From contig OY970303.1 in the NCBI GenBank assembly GCA_963716255.1, positions 2,560,001 to 2,624,000 on the forward strand: a stretch of DNA of 64,000 nucleotides, written 5' to 3'. A program made the position numbers and the translations under genes. The first letter of the stretch is position 1; each line of letters begins with the position of its first letter. The DNA comes from an uncultured Gemmatimonadales bacterium. Lineage in GTDB: Bacteria; Gemmatimonadota; Gemmatimonadetes; Longimicrobiales; Longimicrobiaceae. Below, piece by piece: positions 60,313-64,000 of this stretch. Below the pieces are notes generated by a model. The model saw only the letters and a list, made by a program, of their open reading frames with translations. It was not told the origin of the DNA and made no database searches.

Positions 60313-61176
60313 CTACGCCGCCTCCTGCTCCTTGAGCGCCTGGCGGGTCGCCCGGTACCCCTCCTCCAGGAAGAACTGCGTGCGGTCGAAGTCCCAGCCG
60401 CCCAGGTGCCACACCTTGGGGCGCACGTACATCAGCGGGGGCCCGTCGTACCCGTCCAGGCAGCGCGAGCGCTGGTCGCGCAGGTTCAGGTTCAGCACCC
60501 GGTCGTGGATGGCGATCATCCCGCGGTCGAAGTACCCCTCCGCCGGGGGAAGGAACTCCGAGCCCACGTCCACCCCGATGATCCGCTCGGCGCCCCACGC
60601 CTGCGCCTTGCGAACCGGGAACACGTCCAGCACCCCGCCGTCCACCAGGAAGTCGCCGTCGTCCGTCCTGCACGGCGGAAAGTAGATGGGGAGCGCGCAC
60701 GAGGCGTACACCGCGCTCGCCAGCGGGATGTCCTGCCGGCAGTCCGTCCCGAACCACACCTCCTCCCCCGACACCAGCGACACCGTATTCAGCCGGAAGG
60801 GGTGCTTCAGCTCCGCGAACGTCTTCACCGGGAGGATGGACTCGATGTACCTGCGGAAGTGGTCGCCCATGAAGACCGCGTCCTCCCGCACCCCGCCGAA
60901 GAACACCGCGCGCCGGTTGATGGCGACGATGTCGTCCTTGGTGAGCTTGCGCGCGATCTCCGCCAGCTCGCGCCAGCCGAAGCCGCTCGCGATCCCCGCG
61001 CCGATCAGCGAGCCGATGCTGGTGCCCATGATGGCGTCGGGGCGGACCCCCGCCTCCTCCAGCGCCTTCCACACGCCGATGTGCGCGATCCCCTTCATCC
61101 CTCCCCCACCCAGCACCAGCACGGTGCGCGGCGCAGACGCGGGCTGGGCCAGCGGGATCTGGTTCGTCTCGGTCAC
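60313..61176 (-). CDS. Patatin-like phospholipase
   Basis: LGGGG.KG.AHIGV, GTSIG and DGG motifs. Confidence 0.92.
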   Translation of the reverse strand: MTETNQIPLAQPASAPRTVLVLGGGGMKGIAHIGVWKALEEAGVRPDAIMGTSIGSLIGAGIASGFGWRELAEIARKLTKDDIVAINRRAVFFGGVREDAVFMGDHFRRYIESILPVKTFAELKHPFRLNTVSLVSGEEVWFGTDCRQDIPLASAVYASCALPIYFPPCRTDDGDFLVDGGVLDVFPVRKAQAWGAERIIGVDVGSEFLPPAEGYFDRGMIAIHDRVLNLNLRDQRSRCLDGYDGPPLMYVRPKVWHLGGWDFDRTQFFLEEGYRATRQALKEQEAA

Positions 61177-61354
61177 GGCGGGACCTCTGCGCGGAGGTGG
61201 AACGCTCGGGGGGAGGCGGCCCGGGGCGGGCGGCGGCGCCCACCGGAAGGTACCCCTCCCGCGGCGCAGGCTGCAACCCGCGGGCCAGCCCCACCGCCCT
61301 CCGCACGCTTCTTGCCCGCCCCGCGCGTCCGCTCCCCCGGGGCCGCCCCGAACC

Positions 61355-61409
61355 TTGACTTTGCCCCGGGCGCCGTCTACGTTGCCTCTTGATAAGAAGA
61401 ATCATTCTC
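61355..61409 (+). promoter_or_regulatory. suf promoter (TTGACT-N17-TACGTT) with Fur-box-like site at 61391-61409
   Basis: GATAAGAAGAATCATTCTC matches the canonical Fur box at 15 of 19 positions. Confidence 0.65.
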
Positions 61410-61543
61410 CAGAGCTTCCGGGATTTTCCGGAGGTCCGGCGAAGGGGGCGGGGTGACCCAAGCCCAACATACGGTGTAGCAAAGAGATGACACGCCCCGC
61501 CGCACCGCGGAGGGGATATCCGGTTCACGGGAGAAGAGAAAGA

Positions 61544-62317
<774 letters not shown>

Positions 62318-62383
62318 GATCGATTGAAGGACACCGGGCGCGGTCCGCCGCGCCCACTCTCCTCGGGACGGGAGCAAGAGGAC

Positions 62384-63793
62384 ATGCCGCAGAACGACGC
62401 AGTCGCCCAGATCGGGCTCGACGAATACAAGTTCGGGTTCAGCGACCCGGAAAACTACTTCTACAAGTCCCGCAAGGGACTCGACGAGGAGATCGTCCGC
62501 GAGATCTCGCGCCAGAAGGGCGAGCCGGAGTGGATGCTGAAGACGCGCCTCAAGGCGCTCAAGCACGCCCAGAAGCGCCCCTGGCCCACCTGGGGCGGCG
62601 ACCTCTCGGGGCTCGACTTCGACAAGATCTTCTTCTACATCCGGCCCAACGAGAAGGTGGGGCGGACGTGGGACGAGGTGCCGGAGGACATCAAGAACAC
62701 CTTCGAGCGGCTGGGCATCCCCGAGCAGGAGCGGAAGTTCCTGGCCGGCGCCGGCGCGCAGTACGAGTCCGAGGTGGTGTACCACTCGCTGCGCGAGGAG
62801 TGGGAAAAGGCCGGCGTCATCTTCAAGGGGATGGACGACGGCCTGCGCGACCACGAGGACATCGTCCGCGAGTACTTCGGGTCGGTGGTGCCCTACCAGG
62901 ACAACTTCTTCGCCGCGGTGAACACGGCCACGTGGTCCGGCGGGTCGTTCGTGTACATCCCCAAGGGGGTGAAGCTGGACATGCCCCTGCAGGCGTACTT
63001 CCGCATCAACGCGGAAAGCATGGGGCAGTTCGAGCGCACGCTGATCATCGTGGAGGAGGGGGCCGAGGTCCAGTACATCGAGGGGTGCACCGCGCCCACG
63101 TACTCCCAGGACTCGTTCCACTCCGGCGTCATCGAGATCATCGTCAAGGACGGCGCGCGGTGCCGCTACACGACCATCCAGAACTGGTCGCACAACGTGT
63201 ACAACCTGGTGACGCAGCGCGCCAAGGTGGGCGCCCACGCCAGCATGGAGTGGGTGGACGGAAACCTGGGCTCCAAGCTCACCATGAAGTACCCGTCCTG
63301 CTACCTCATGGGCGAGGGCGCGCGCGGCGAGATCCTCAGCATCGCCTACGCCGGCCCCGGCCAGCACCAGGACGCGGGCGGCAAGGTGGTCCACATGGCG
63401 CCGCACACCTCGTCGCGCATCGTTTCCAAGTCCATCTCGCGGGGGACGGGGCGCAGCTCGTACCGCGGGCTGCTCAAGGTGGAAAAGGGCGCGCACCACG
63501 TGAAGAGCAACGTGGAGTGCGACGCGCTCCTGCTGGACGAGGAGGCACGCACGGACACCTACCCGTACATCGAGATCGAGGAGGAGCACGCCTCCATCGG
63601 CCACGAGGCCACGGTCTCCAAGATCGGCGACGAGCAGCTCTTCTACCTGATGAGCCGCGGCCTTTCCGAGGACGCGGCGGCCACCATGGTGGTGCGCGGC
63701 TTCATCGAGCCCATCGCCAAGGAGCTGCCGCTGGAGTACGCGGTGGAGCTGAACCGCCTCATCGAGCTGGAAATGGAAGGCTCGGTCGGTTAG
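62384..63793 (+). CDS. sufB: Fe-S cluster assembly protein SufB
   Basis: [22 protein letters not shown] and HEATVSKI motifs. Confidence 0.97.
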   Translation: MPQNDAVAQIGLDEYKFGFSDPENYFYKSRKGLDEEIVREISRQKGEPEWMLKTRLKALKHAQKRPWPTWGGDLSGLDFDKIFFYIRPNEKVGRTWDEVPEDIKNTFERLGIPEQERKFLAGAGAQYESEVVYHSLREEWEKAGVIFKGMDDGLRDHEDIVREYFGSVVPYQDNFFAAVNTATWSGGSFVYIPKGVKLDMPLQAYFRINAESMGQFERTLIIVEEGAEVQYIEGCTAPTYSQDSFHSGVIEIIVKDGARCRYTTIQNWSHNVYNLVTQRAKVGAHASMEWVDGNLGSKLTMKYPSCYLMGEGARGEILSIAYAGPGQHQDAGGKVVHMAPHTSSRIVSKSISRGTGRSSYRGLLKVEKGAHHVKSNVECDALLLDEEARTDTYPYIEIEEEHASIGHEATVSKIGDEQLFYLMSRGLSEDAAATMVVRGFIEPIAKELPLEYAVELNRLIELEMEGSVG

Positions 63794-63910
63794 CGGCTCG
63801 AGAAATCGCGCAGCTCTGCGTTGCACCCCTGCGGGCTCCCTGCGGCGTGAACAACCACGCCTCAGTCGCTCCTCGGGGTGCGCCTTGATCTGCACGATTT
63901 CTCTTCGCCG
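63794..63910. other. Structured intergenic element with nested stems between sufB and the next gene
   Basis: GAGAAATCGCGCAG/CTGCACGATTTCTC, GCACCCC/GGGGTGC and GGCGTG-AACAAC-CACGCC. Confidence 0.65.
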
Positions 63911-63943
63911 TGGCATCGGATGGAAAAAACGACAGGAGAATTG

Positions 63944-64000
63944 GTGATCGTGGCAGATACAGGGATTGCGAGCGAGCCGACGGGCGTCTTCACCCACGAC
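63944..64000 (+). CDS. Start of the next suf gene, probably SufD (partial)
   Basis: AGGAG RBS and a frame open to the window edge; identity from operon order only. Confidence 0.45.
   Translation, partial: MIVADTGIASEPTGVFTHD

Overview
Very GC-rich bacterial chromosomal window. The gene repertoire (ADOP permease plus PadR, DUF4097 proteins, CBM48-type proteins) suggests Gemmatimonadota, probably Longimicrobiaceae-like (inference). About 50 CDS are supported: a lasso-peptide cluster at the left edge whose precursor the ORF track misses, housekeeping genes (crcB, cold-shock gene, murB, mutY, acs, sufC, sufB), two back-to-back ECF sigma/anti-sigma loci and two histidine kinases. The most unusual signals are non-coding or unannotated. 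(i) Dispersed structured intergenic repeats: family A (9 full copies plus 2 remnants), B (3 copies), C (2 copies) and a REP-like hairpin D. A and B show compensatory base changes and share a C-T-mismatch hairpin module; most copies start just after a stop codon and they form convergent cassettes. (ii) A 3.36-kb cargo element (10009-13366) with no visible transposase, bounded by terminal inverted repeats and an 8-10 bp direct repeat that duplicates part of a candidate ECF promoter. (iii) A phage-type XRE/ImmA switch facing two tandem Ogr/Delta-like zinc-finger genes, with no integrase or structural genes. (iv) An orphan Zn-ribbon/PD-(D/E)XK nuclease-like gene. No rRNA, tRNA, CRISPR array or transposase was seen. 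All family calls are from motif reading by eye, not database searches.
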